From the IMG/VR virus record IMGVR_UViG_2698536480_000007: DNA of 13,226 nt. One strand, written 5' to 3'. Source of the DNA: a virus (Duplodnaviria; Heunggongvirae; Uroviricota; Caudoviricetes). Shown here one piece after another: positions 1 through 7,151 of the stretch. The notes beneath the pieces are model-generated. The model had not been told where the DNA came from. It was given only the letters and a program-made list of their open reading frames with translations, and did no database searches. The stretch's first letter is position 1, and each line of letters opens with the position of its first letter. Position numbers and translations under genes: made by a program.

Positions 1-600
1 ATGGCGCATATACAACTGGTCAAACAAACCTCTTCCGGATTACTTCTCCCGGCGACGCCGGAGAGTTGTGATTTTCTGCATCAAATCAAAATAGGCGAGT
101 GGATACACGCAGACTTTAAGCGTGTGCGTAACTACGCATTCCACAAGCGTTTTTTCAAACTCCTGCAACTGGGATTCGATTACTGGACTCCGGTCGGTGG
201 GGCGATCACGCCTCGCGAACGAGAACTGCTGTCTGGTTTCGTTGATTACCTGTGCGAATCAGTTGGTCGGGAACACACGCCAGCCCTGAGTGATGCCGCA
301 GAGCAATATCTGAATACAGTTGCGACACGCAGAACCCGGGATACGGCATTGCTAAAGTCGTTTGAGGCTTTTCGCGAGTGGGTAACCATTCAGGCTGGAT
401 TTTACACCGAACATTTTTATCCGGACGGTAGCCGCGGGCGTCGGGCAAAATCTATCGCTTTTGCGAATATGGACGAAACCGAGTTTCAGCAGGTTTATAA
501 ATCTGTTCTGAATGTGCTGTGGAACTGGATTCTGTTCCGTAAATTTTCCTCTCCGGAACAAGTCGAAAATGTGGCCGCGCAGCTGCTGGAGTTTGCGTAA
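1..600 (+). CDS. lambdoid nin-region protein of unknown function (DUF1367-like, recalled from prophage homologues)
   Basis: 199-aa ORF starting at ATG at position 1 (window edge, so completeness of the 5' end is not certain). Stop TAA 598-600 shares its last A with the ATG of the next gene (TAATG coupling). Sits directly upstream of ybcO-like and Q-like genes as in nin regions. Confidence 0.45.
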   Translation: MAHIQLVKQTSSGLLLPATPESCDFLHQIKIGEWIHADFKRVRNYAFHKRFFKLLQLGFDYWTPVGGAITPRERELLSGFVDYLCESVGREHTPALSDAAEQYLNTVATRRTRDTALLKSFEAFREWVTIQAGFYTEHFYPDGSRGRRAKSIAFANMDETEFQQVYKSVLNVLWNWILFRKFSSPEQVENVAAQLLEFA

Positions 601-890
601 TGGTGGATTTACGTAAAGCGGCGCGGGGGCGGATGTGCACCGTCAGAATTCTTGGCTACTGCAATCACGATCCGGAAACGTCTGTGCTGGCGCATTACCG
701 ACTGGCGGGAACGTGCGGAACAGCGACAAAACCACACGATATGCAGGCGGCGATTGCCTGTAGCTCATGCCACGATTTAATCGACGGGCGGGTAAAAACA
801 AGCGATTACACCAAAGAAGATTTACGCCTGATGCATGCAGAAGGTGTTTTTCGCACGCAAGAAATCTGGAGAAAGGAAGGTTATTTATGA
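600..890 (+). CDS. YbcO-like small Cys-rich protein (DUF1364-type, putative Zn-binding nuclease)
   Basis: 96 aa with Cys pairs (CTVRILGYC ... IACSSCHDLID) consistent with a Zn site. Resembles DLP12 YbcO from memory. Start overlaps the upstream stop; its stop TGA 888-890 overlaps ATG 887 of the next gene. Confidence 0.55.
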   Translation: MVDLRKAARGRMCTVRILGYCNHDPETSVLAHYRLAGTCGTATKPHDMQAAIACSSCHDLIDGRVKTSDYTKEDLRLMHAEGVFRTQEIWRKEGYL

Positions 891-1429
891 TTTACCCAAC
901 AAATACAGGCAAAAGCGGGGAACACCTTCGTCTCACCACGCTGGAAAGTGTCTGGATTCAGGGAAAACTGCGCATGTGGGGGCGCTGGTCGTATATTGGC
1001 GGCGGTAAGACGGGGAATATGTTCAACCAGTTGTTGGCCTCTAAAAAGCTGACAAAAACGGCAATTAACGAGGCGCTCCGGAGGATGAAAAAAGCAGGTC
1101 TGAACAAGTCTGAACTTGAGGCTTTTTTGCGGGATATGATTAACGGTAAGCAAAAGAGCTGGCTGGCGCATTGTACTGATGCAGAGGCGTTATGTATTGA
1201 TCGGGTCATAAGTGAGGTGCTGGCAGAGCATCCAGGATTGATTAGCGTCCTTCGGCAACGGTATGAGGGGCGGGGGATGACCAAACGCAAAATGGCTGAA
1301 TTGCTAAATGATGCACACCCAGAGTGGTGTTTTAGCACATGCGAAAAGCGAATTGCTAATTGGTTGGCTGTTGCTGAGTATGCGCTATACATTCCCATGC
1401 GAGAATCATTCGCTCAAAAAACGGCTTGA
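887..1429 (+). CDS. late-gene antiterminator Q-like protein (not lambda-Q type; phage 82/21-like family by recollection)
   Basis: 180-aa ORF with GGAAGG Shine-Dalgarno 6 nt upstream and ATGA overlap with the preceding gene. Last gene of the nin-type operon immediately before tRNAs and the lysis cassette. Contains a CFSTCEKR Cys pair. The ORF-track start at 767 was rejected because it overlaps the upstream gene out of frame. Confidence 0.55.
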   Translation: MIYPTNTGKSGEHLRLTTLESVWIQGKLRMWGRWSYIGGGKTGNMFNQLLASKKLTKTAINEALRRMKKAGLNKSELEAFLRDMINGKQKSWLAHCTDAEALCIDRVISEVLAEHPGLISVLRQRYEGRGMTKRKMAELLNDAHPEWCFSTCEKRIANWLAVAEYALYIPMRESFAQKTA

Positions 1430-1515
1430 TTTTTTACGCGTAAACTGCTTCAATTTTGCTACGCTTCGCAAAGCTGTATCGCGAGGCGAATCAAGCGCAA
1501 TTAAACTTTAATAGA

Positions 1516-1541
1516 ACCCGCCATCAAGCGGGTTTTGTTGT
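1516..1541 (+). terminator. intrinsic terminator-like hairpin downstream of Q (candidate short-transcript terminator of a late promoter)
   Basis: Stem ACCCGC (1516-1521) / GCGGGT (1528-1533), 6-nt loop, followed by TTTGTTGTT. Confidence 0.45.
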
Positions 1542-1690
1542 TATTGTGGTGTGATATAAGAAACGACATTTAATATTGCCTTCAAAATAAATTTGTTTAT
1601 ATATTGTCGCGTATATTTTAAGTGAAGGTGAAATGTTCACATAAAATAAAAATACATAAATAAATTTACATAGCTTGACGCAAAGTGTTG

Positions 1691-1718
1691 TTGCGATTGG
1701 AATATTAAATCGTATCAT
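1691..1718 (+). promoter_or_regulatory. candidate sigma70-like promoter for the tRNA pair
   Basis: TTGCGA (1691-1696), 16-bp spacer, TATCAT (1713-1718), within a very AT-rich segment. A transcript starting near 1725 would begin at the leader hairpin. Hexamers only, weak. Confidence 0.2.
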
Positions 1719-1726
1719 CGAAAACG

Positions 1727-1790
1727 GTTCTGAGGGGGAACTCTTCTTTGCTCGGTGATATCGCTCGGTGATATCGCTCCCCTGAAGAAC
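1727..1790 (+). repeat. tRNA leader inverted repeat enclosing a 13-bp tandem duplication
   Basis: GTTCTGAGGGG (1727-1737) pairs with CCCCTGAAGAAC (1779-1790) around two tandem copies of GCTCGGTGATATC (1750-1762 and 1763-1775), each carrying a GATATC palindrome. Confidence 0.5.
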
Positions 1791-1794
1791 CAAT

Positions 1795-1870
<76 letters not shown>

Positions 1871-1873
1871 TAT

Positions 1874-1948
<75 letters not shown>

Positions 1949-2310
1949 GCATTTAAAACAAGCCTTATTGTATTACGGCACTGGCGTATTTTTTTATTAC
2001 GTGGGAGCAGGTTGTTTTGAAAAAGCATTCTGTTCTCTGGCTATGATTTGAGGCCGGGTGTAGCCTCAGTGCTAATTTTTTACGGCAGCAGAATGGTGCA
2101 TTATCGGTGGAGATTTTGTATTTCCTGGCAGGGTCGGTGATGCATCATTTTGGTGTTGTAAAAGCACCACAGAGGCGCTCCTCAGTGAGAGGGTGGTTTA
2201 AAGAGTCGGTTTAGCGGGAAACCACAGTATCCATGCAGCACGGAATACTTCGGGAGGCACCCGACGCCTCGGTTTAATAACAATTAAAAAATTCATCCCT
2301 TGCATTGACC

Positions 2311-2337
2311 AACCGCCATATCTGGCGGTTTTTTTTA
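2311..2337 (+). terminator. strong rho-independent terminator
   Basis: GC-rich stem AACCGCCA (2311-2318) / TGGCGGTT (2323-2330), loop TATC, followed by a run of T (2329-2336). Confidence 0.7.
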
Positions 2338-2724
2338 TTCCTTTCTCAGGACAAAAAAAGACACGAGCATACAGGAATACTCGTGGGACAACGTCCTTTA
2401 GATAGCAATTTGCGAGAGGGTGAAAAGTAGCGCGGTCGTCGGATTAAGACCGCGGGACAAAGTCCATGAAGAATAATAAGTATTGGCCCCTTCTGGGGAC
2501 ATGTTCATACTACTAAGCTTCAGAAGTGGTTTAAATCATCAAATTAACCTTAATTTTCGATAAGTCTTATTTCATTTCTTTGCGCCACACCTGGCGCGCA
2601 TCAAATAACGCCACGCAAAGGGCATCTGCGGATGCCGGTGCTTTTGACGGGGTGTTTTTTACGGGCCGCTGGTGGCCATTTTTTGTTTCCATTACACAGC
2701 GCCCGCATCTGCGAGGTGGGGGTT

Positions 2725-2940
2725 ATGAAATCCATGGATAAGTTAACAACAGGTGTCGCCTATGGCACCTCCGCAGGCAGTGCTGGCTACTGGTTTTTAC
2801 AGTTGCTCGATAGAGTCACGCCCTCACAGTGGGCAGCAATAGGTGTGCTGGGTAGTCTGGTGTTTGGCCTGTTGACGTATCTGACAAATCTTTATTTCAA
2901 GATTAAAGAAGATAAGCGTAAGGCTGCACGGGGAGAGTAA
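2725..2940 (+). CDS. class II holin, phage-21 S-type pinholin with dual-start motif
   Basis: 71 aa [26 protein letters not shown]...[11 protein letters not shown]: two TM segments, first one Gly/Ala-rich. N-terminal M-K-S-M gives the antiholin (Met1) and holin (Met4, ATG 2734) starts. SD GAGGTGGGGG upstream. The upstream part of the ORF-track ORF (from 2632) was rejected. Confidence 0.8.
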   Translation: MKSMDKLTTGVAYGTSAGSAGYWFLQLLDRVTPSQWAAIGVLGSLVFGLLTYLTNLYFKIKEDKRKAARGE

Positions 2941-2944
2941 TTCA

Positions 2945-3289
2945 ATGACTCAAAACTATGAACTGATTGTGAAAGGGATCCGCAATTTTGAGAATAAAGT
3001 TACGGTAACTTTAGCGTTACGGGACAAAAAACGCTTTGACGGTGAAATTTTAGACCTGGACATCTCGCTGGACCGTGTTGAAGGTGCCGCGCTGGAGTTT
3101 TATGAGGCAGCAGCCAGAAGGAGCATCAGACAGGTCTTCCTGGATGTTGCTGCCGGGTTATGTGAAGGGGATGAGCAGTCACCGGAAAAGCGCCCCATAA
3201 TTTTAGAGGCGCAGGGTGTGTGGATAACCTACAAAGGAAAACTGCCGGGAAGAATTACTGGTTCACTGAAGACTCCGCCGAAATGGTAA
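2945..3289 (+). CDS. YdfR-like protein of unknown function (DUF1327-type, the kind found between holin and endolysin in Qin-type cassettes)
   Basis: 114 aa starting MTQNYELIVKGIRNFENKVTV...LEFYEAAARRS, recalled as YdfR-like. SD GGGGAGAG with ATG 5 nt after the holin stop (translational coupling). The C-terminal ~35 aa look atypical and overlap a convergent ORF. Confidence 0.55.
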   Translation: MTQNYELIVKGIRNFENKVTVTLALRDKKRFDGEILDLDISLDRVEGAALEFYEAAARRSIRQVFLDVAAGLCEGDEQSPEKRPIILEAQGVWITYKGKLPGRITGSLKTPPKW

Positions 3290-3527
3290 TTTCACCAGCA
3301 TATTTTTCTTCCAGTAATACCGCCAGCCACTTGAAAGAATTTTGTTGTTGCTGGGACCATTTGGGGTTGAGTGATTCAAGCTGGAGCGATGCCAGTGTTG
3401 GTTGCATTTGTTCCTTGGGAATTGAGAATGCCAGATATGAAAATGCGACAGTAAGGGCATTTACATCATCCCGAAGCTTGGAAATGCAGTCGAGCAACTC
3501 CTGTAGAGAAATGGTGCTATTGTCCAT
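3255..3527 (-). CDS. hypothetical small protein, convergent antisense gene in the holin-endolysin gap
   Basis: 90 aa from ATG (minus strand, + coords 3525-3527), preceded by AGAGAGGA with 6-7 nt spacer. Upstream on the minus strand are TTGAAT and TAAATA hexamers with 15-bp spacing. Fills a 343-bp gap that has no + strand gene. A chance ORF of this length is not excluded. Confidence 0.3.
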   Translation of the reverse strand: MDNSTISLQELLDCISKLRDDVNALTVAFSYLAFSIPKEQMQPTLASLQLESLNPKWSQQQQNSFKWLAVLLEEKYAGEITISAESSVNQ

Positions 3528-3632
3528 AAACAATCCTCTCTATTGTATTTAACTATTCCTTGCCTGATTCAACAGGCCGGGACAGATAAACATATCCAGG
3601 GTTCAGAAACCGATAAATCCTGATAAATATCC

Positions 3633-4166
3633 ATGAACGCAAAAATCAGATACGGCCTGTCGGCTGCCGTTCTGGCACTGATTGCCGTCGGTGCGCCTGC
3701 GCCTGATATTCTCGACCAGTTTCTGGATGAAAAAGAAGGTAACCACACAACGGCATACCGCGATGGTTCCGGCATCTGGACCATCTGTCGTGGTGCCACA
3801 ATGGTGGATGGTAAGCCCGTCATACCGGGAATGAGGCTGTCGAAGGAAAAATGCGACCAGGTTAACGCTATTGAACGTGATAAGGCGCTGGCATGGGTGG
3901 AGCGCAATATTAAAGTACCACTGACCGAACCACAGAAAGCGGGTATAGCGTCATTTTGTCCCTATAACATTGGCCCCGGTAAGTGTTTCCCGTCGACGTT
4001 TTATAAGCGGCTGAATGCCGGTGATCGTAAAGGTGCATGCGAGGCGATTCGCTGGTGGATAAAAGATGGTGGGCGCGATTGCCGCATACGTTCAAATAAC
4101 TGCTATGGACAGGTTATTCGTCGTGACCAGGAAAGCGCATTAGCCTGTTGGGGGATAGATCAGTGA
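3633..4166 (+). CDS. endolysin, GH24 T4-lysozyme-like with N-terminal SAR / signal-anchor-type segment
   Basis: 177 aa. Weakly hydrophobic Ala/Gly-rich N-terminus ([17 protein letters not shown]), then catalytic E-x8-D-x5-T triad ([16 protein letters not shown]). Partnered with a pinholin as in phage 21. Confidence 0.85.
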   Translation: MNAKIRYGLSAAVLALIAVGAPAPDILDQFLDEKEGNHTTAYRDGSGIWTICRGATMVDGKPVIPGMRLSKEKCDQVNAIERDKALAWVERNIKVPLTEPQKAGIASFCPYNIGPGKCFPSTFYKRLNAGDRKGACEAIRWWIKDGGRDCRIRSNNCYGQVIRRDQESALACWGIDQ

Positions 4167-4627
4167 GCAGAGTCGCCGCGATTATTTATGCTCTGGTTAT
4201 CTGCATCATCGTCTGCCTGTCATGGGCTGTTAATCATTACCGTGATAACGCCACCGCCTACAAAGAGCAGCGCGACAAAAATGCCAGAGAACTGAAGCTG
4301 GCGAACGCGGCAATTACTGACATGCAGATGCGTCAGCGTGATGTTGCTGCGCTCGATGCAAAATACACGAAGGAGTTAGCTGATGCGAAAGCTGAAAATG
4401 ATGCTCTGCGTGATGATGTTGCCGCTGGTCGTCGTCGGTTGCACATCAAAGCAGTCTGTCAGTCAGTGCGTGAAGCCACCACCGCCTCCGGCGTGGATAA
4501 TGCAGCCTCCCCCCGACTGGCAGACACCGCTGAACGGGATTATTTCACCCTCCGGGAACGACTGGTAATGATGCAGGCCCAACTTGAAGGTGCTCAGCAA
4601 TACATAACCGAACAGTGTTTAAAGTAA
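4163..4627 (+). CDS. Rz: i-spanin Rz (lambda-type)
   Basis: [30 protein letters not shown]... matches lambda Rz closely through the central region from memory. GTG 4163 overlaps the endolysin stop TGA 4164-4166; the ORF-track start TTG 4148 is the alternative. N-terminal TM segment followed by a coiled-coil region. Confidence 0.85.
   Translation: MSRVAAIIYALVICIIVCLSWAVNHYRDNATAYKEQRDKNARELKLANAAITDMQMRQRDVAALDAKYTKELADAKAENDALRDDVAAGRRRLHIKAVCQSVREATTASGVDNAASPRLADTAERDYFTLRERLVMMQAQLEGAQQYITEQCLK
4383..4568 (+). CDS. Rz1: o-spanin Rz1 lipoprotein, embedded in Rz in the +1 frame
   Basis: 61 aa [24 protein letters not shown]...: lipobox LVVVGC, Pro-rich periplasmic part, near-identical to lambda Rz1 from memory. 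Confidence 0.8.
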   Translation: MRKLKMMLCVMMLPLVVVGCTSKQSVSQCVKPPPPPAWIMQPPPDWQTPLNGIISPSGNDW

Positions 4628-4764
4628 AATCTTAACTACAATATGATTCATTTTGATGATTGTTTCATAAGGAACAGTGAAGTAAGATCTAAGAGGAGTT
4701 AAATTTTATACAGTATAATCATAATATTGCAGCAAGGTGGTTATAATTGAAAGAATATTTAGAT

Positions 4765-6222
4765 ATGAATACATCTCATGTAAGAGTTGTTACTCATATG
4801 TGTGGGTTCCTGGTTTGGCTCTATAGTCTTTCAATGTTGCCACCAATGGTTGTAGCATTGTTTTATAAAGAAAAAAGCCTGTTCGTTTTCTTTATAACTT
4901 TCGTTATATTTTTTTGTATTGGTGGCGGAGCGTGGTATACAACTAAGAAATCTGGCATTCAATTACGTACCCGTGATGGGTTTATTATAATTGTAATGTT
5001 TTGGATTTTGTTTTCTGTTATTAGTGCATTCCCTTTATGGATTGACTCAGAACTTAATTTAACGTTCATTGATGCTCTGTTTGAAGGGGTTTCTGGAATA
5101 ACAACAACAGGAGCAACTGTAATTGATGATGTTAGTTCATTACCTCGGGCATATTTGTACTATCGGTCACAGTTAAATTTTATAGGTGGTTTAGGAGTTA
5201 TTGTTCTGGCGGTTGCTGTATTGCCATTATTGGGTATTGGTGGTGCAAAGCTTTATCAGTCAGAAATGCCGGGGCCATTTAAGGATGACAAACTCACTCC
5301 CCGCCTGGCCGATACGTCACGGACACTGTGGATAACTTATTCTTTATTAGGTATTGCTTGTATTGTCTGTTATAGACTTGCAGGAATGCCTTTGTTTGAT
5401 GCTATTTGTCACGGGATTTCCACAGTTTCGCTTGGTGGTTTCTCAACTCATAGCGAGAGTATCGGATATTTTAATAACTATTTGGTTGAGCTGGTGGCTG
5501 GTTCTTTTTCCCTGCTATCGGCTTTCAACTTCACTCTTTGGTATATTGTTATTAGCAGGAAAACGATAAAACCTTTAATCAGAGATATTGAACTTCGTTT
5601 CTTTCTGTTAATAGCCTTAGGGGTGATCATTGTTACCTCTTTCCAGGTCTGGCATATAGGTATGTATGACTTGCATGGAAGTTTTATTCATTCGTTTTTT
5701 CTTGCCAGCTCCATGCTCACTGATAATGGTTTAGCTACGCAGGATTATGCAAGCTGGCCCACGCACACGATAGTGTTTTTGCTGTTGTCAAGTTTCTTTG
5801 GGGGATGTATAGGTTCAACTTGTGGTGGAATTAAGTCACTTCGATTTCTTATACTTTTCAAACAAAGCAAACACGAGATAAATCAGCTTTCTCATCCCAG
5901 AGCGTTGTTGAGTGTAAATGTAGGAGGGAAGATAGTTACAGATCGTGTAATGAGGTCTGTATGGAGTTTCTTTTTTCTTTATACTCTCTTCACGGTGTTT
6001 TTTATACTGGTGTTAAATGGTATGGGATATGATTTTCTTACATCATTTGCAACAGTGGCTGCATGTATTAATAATATGGGATTAGGTTTTGGGGCTACTG
6101 CATCGTCATTCGGAGTGCTTAATGACATTGCAAAATATTTAATGTGCATAGCTATGATTCTTGGTCGCCTTGAAATTTATCCTGTTATTATATTGTTTTC
6201 AGGTTTTTTTTGGCGCTCCTAA
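4765..6222 (+). CDS. trkG: TrkG/TrkH-family potassium uptake transporter
   Basis: 485 aa from ATG 4765 (MNTSHVRVVTHMCGF...), multi-pass membrane protein with repeated GxG selectivity-filter-like segments (GISGITTTGAT, GIGGAK, SLGGFST, GLGFGAT). Matches K-12 Rac TrkG as recalled. A TTG at 4747 with better SD spacing is an alternative start. The gene is visibly AT-rich relative to its flanks. Confidence 0.85.
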   Translation: MNTSHVRVVTHMCGFLVWLYSLSMLPPMVVALFYKEKSLFVFFITFVIFFCIGGGAWYTTKKSGIQLRTRDGFIIIVMFWILFSVISAFPLWIDSELNLTFIDALFEGVSGITTTGATVIDDVSSLPRAYLYYRSQLNFIGGLGVIVLAVAVLPLLGIGGAKLYQSEMPGPFKDDKLTPRLADTSRTLWITYSLLGIACIVCYRLAGMPLFDAICHGISTVSLGGFSTHSESIGYFNNYLVELVAGSFSLLSAFNFTLWYIVISRKTIKPLIRDIELRFFLLIALGVIIVTSFQVWHIGMYDLHGSFIHSFFLASSMLTDNGLATQDYASWPTHTIVFLLLSSFFGGCIGSTCGGIKSLRFLILFKQSKHEINQLSHPRALLSVNVGGKIVTDRVMRSVWSFFFLYTLFTVFFILVLNGMGYDFLTSFATVAACINNMGLGFGATASSFGVLNDIAKYLMCIAMILGRLEIYPVIILFSGFFWRS

Positions 6223-6308
6223 TATATGGCTGATTTATAATTGTGAGTTTAATATTATGTTGACTCACTCATTGATCCAATACCTAACTTTACCAGCAAC
6301 ACCTCCGC

Positions 6309-6340
6309 CCCCAGTAGCACTGGCTGCTGGGGTGCGTTTT
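6309..6340 (+). terminator. intrinsic terminator downstream of trkG
   Basis: 10-bp stem CCCCAGTAGC (6309-6318) / GCTGCTGGGG (6323-6332) with one G-U pair, loop ACTG, followed by TGCGTTTTATT. Confidence 0.5.
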
Positions 6341-6359
6341 ATTCATAAAGCAAGGATGT

Positions 6360-7151
6360 ATGAGCGAGAAATTAAAGATAGTCTATCGCCCATTACAAGA
6401 ATTGTCACCGTATGCGCACAACGCCAGGACGCACAGCCCTGAGCAGGTGGCACAACTGGTAGAAAGTATTAAGCAATTCGGCTGGACTAATCCGGTGCTG
6501 ATTGACGAAAAGGGCGAAATTATTGCGGGTCACGGTCGTGTTATGGCGGCTGAAATGCTCAAAATGGATTCTGTTCCGGTCATTGTTCTGTCTGGCCTGA
6601 CGGATGAGCAGAAAAAGGCGTACCGCCTGGCAGATAATCGCCTGCCGATGAATGCTGGCTGGGATGAAGATCTGTTGCGGATGGAGCTGTCGGACCTAAT
6701 CAATGCTGATTTTGATGTCTCCCTGACAGGCTTCATCCCGACAGAAATTGATGAACTGTTGACGGATGTTTTGCCCGGTACAGGAAATGAGGAGGAGCCG
6801 TATACGACGAAAATTGATACGCCTGTTTATGAGCCGTCGGGCGGTAAACCGGATATCAGTGAACTGTACGACGATACGAAAACGCAGGAGCTGATCAGCC
6901 GGATACGTTCGGCTTCCCTTGAGCCTGATATTGAGAAATTCCTCCTGTGTGCGGCAGAACGTCACACGGTGTTTAATTTCAGCAGAATTGCGGACTATTA
7001 CGCTCACGCCCCCGCTGAAATTCAGTGTTTTTTCGAGGAGTCGGCGCTGGTGATCATTGATTATCAGCAGGCTATTGAAAATGGATTTGTCCGGATGACG
7101 CAGCGCATGGTGGAGATCATGCATGGTGGTGAGGAGGAGGAATATGCGTGA
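6360..7151 (+). CDS. ParB-like nuclease-domain protein (ParB/Srx N-terminal-type domain plus unassigned acidic C-terminal region)
   Basis: 263 aa. N-terminal region ...LQELSPYAHNARTHSPEQVAQLVESIKQFGWTNPVLIDEKGEIIAGHGRVMAAE... carries the G-H-G-R type signature of ParB-like domains. K-12 Rac has a short ynaK fragment at this position (from memory). Ends in an EEEE tail whose codons form the SD for the next gene. Confidence 0.6.
   Translation: MSEKLKIVYRPLQELSPYAHNARTHSPEQVAQLVESIKQFGWTNPVLIDEKGEIIAGHGRVMAAEMLKMDSVPVIVLSGLTDEQKKAYRLADNRLPMNAGWDEDLLRMELSDLINADFDVSLTGFIPTEIDELLTDVLPGTGNEEEPYTTKIDTPVYEPSGGKPDISELYDDTKTQELISRIRSASLEPDIEKFLLCAAERHTVFNFSRIADYYAHAPAEIQCFFEESALVIIDYQQAIENGFVRMTQRMVEIMHGGEEEEYA

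Noticed and set aside
206-640. Minus-strand ORFs of 62-80 aa antisense to the first gene
   Set aside because: Shadow ORFs inside a well-supported + strand gene, with no SD or promoter context.
767-886. N-terminal extension of the Q-like ORF (ORF-track start at 767)
   Set aside because: It overlaps the YbcO-like gene by about 120 nt in another frame. ATG 887 has a GGAAGG SD and the typical ATGA stop/start overlap.
881-1398. Minus-strand ORFs (96 and 146 aa) antisense to the Q-like gene
   Set aside because: Antisense shadows with compositionally odd translations (Cys/Ser/Pro/His-rich).
1308-1511. 67-aa + strand ORF overlapping the 3' end of Q in another frame
   Set aside because: No SD, overlaps the Q coding frame and runs into the terminator. 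Treated as chance.
1524-1793. 89-aa minus-strand ORF across the AT-rich tRNA leader
   Set aside because: Lies in A/T-rich non-coding sequence containing the terminator and leader repeats. Low-complexity translation.
2632-2724. Upstream extension of the holin ORF (MPVLLTGCF...)
   Set aside because: S21-type holins start at the MKSM dual-start motif with an SD just upstream. The extension overlaps regulatory hairpins.
3220-3552. + strand 110-aa ORF and minus-strand 65-aa ORF (3263-3460) in the holin-endolysin gap
   Set aside because: Translations are Cys/Ser/Trp/His-rich and non-protein-like. The other minus-strand frame (3255-3527) is the only one with an SD and plausible composition.
3569-4095. 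Minus-strand ORFs antisense to the endolysin
   Set aside because: Shadow ORFs within a confidently assigned endolysin gene.
5354-5569. 71-aa alternative-frame ORF inside trkG
   Set aside because: Internal to a clearly coding transporter gene, with no independent signals.
6161-6442. 93-aa ORF spanning the trkG 3' end, its terminator and the ParB-like start
   Set aside because: Crosses an intrinsic terminator and two genes in different frames. Chance ORF.
6530-7124. Minus-strand ORFs antisense to the ParB-like gene
   Set aside because: Shadow ORFs with Arg/Ser-rich translations.
7123-7143. Upstream start (MVVRRRN) for the GT-A-like gene, and the alternative-frame ORF 7220-7513
   Set aside because: ATG 7144 is optimally spaced from GAGGAGGAGG. 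The upstream codons overlap the ParB-like C-terminus. The 7220-7513 ORF is an internal shadow.
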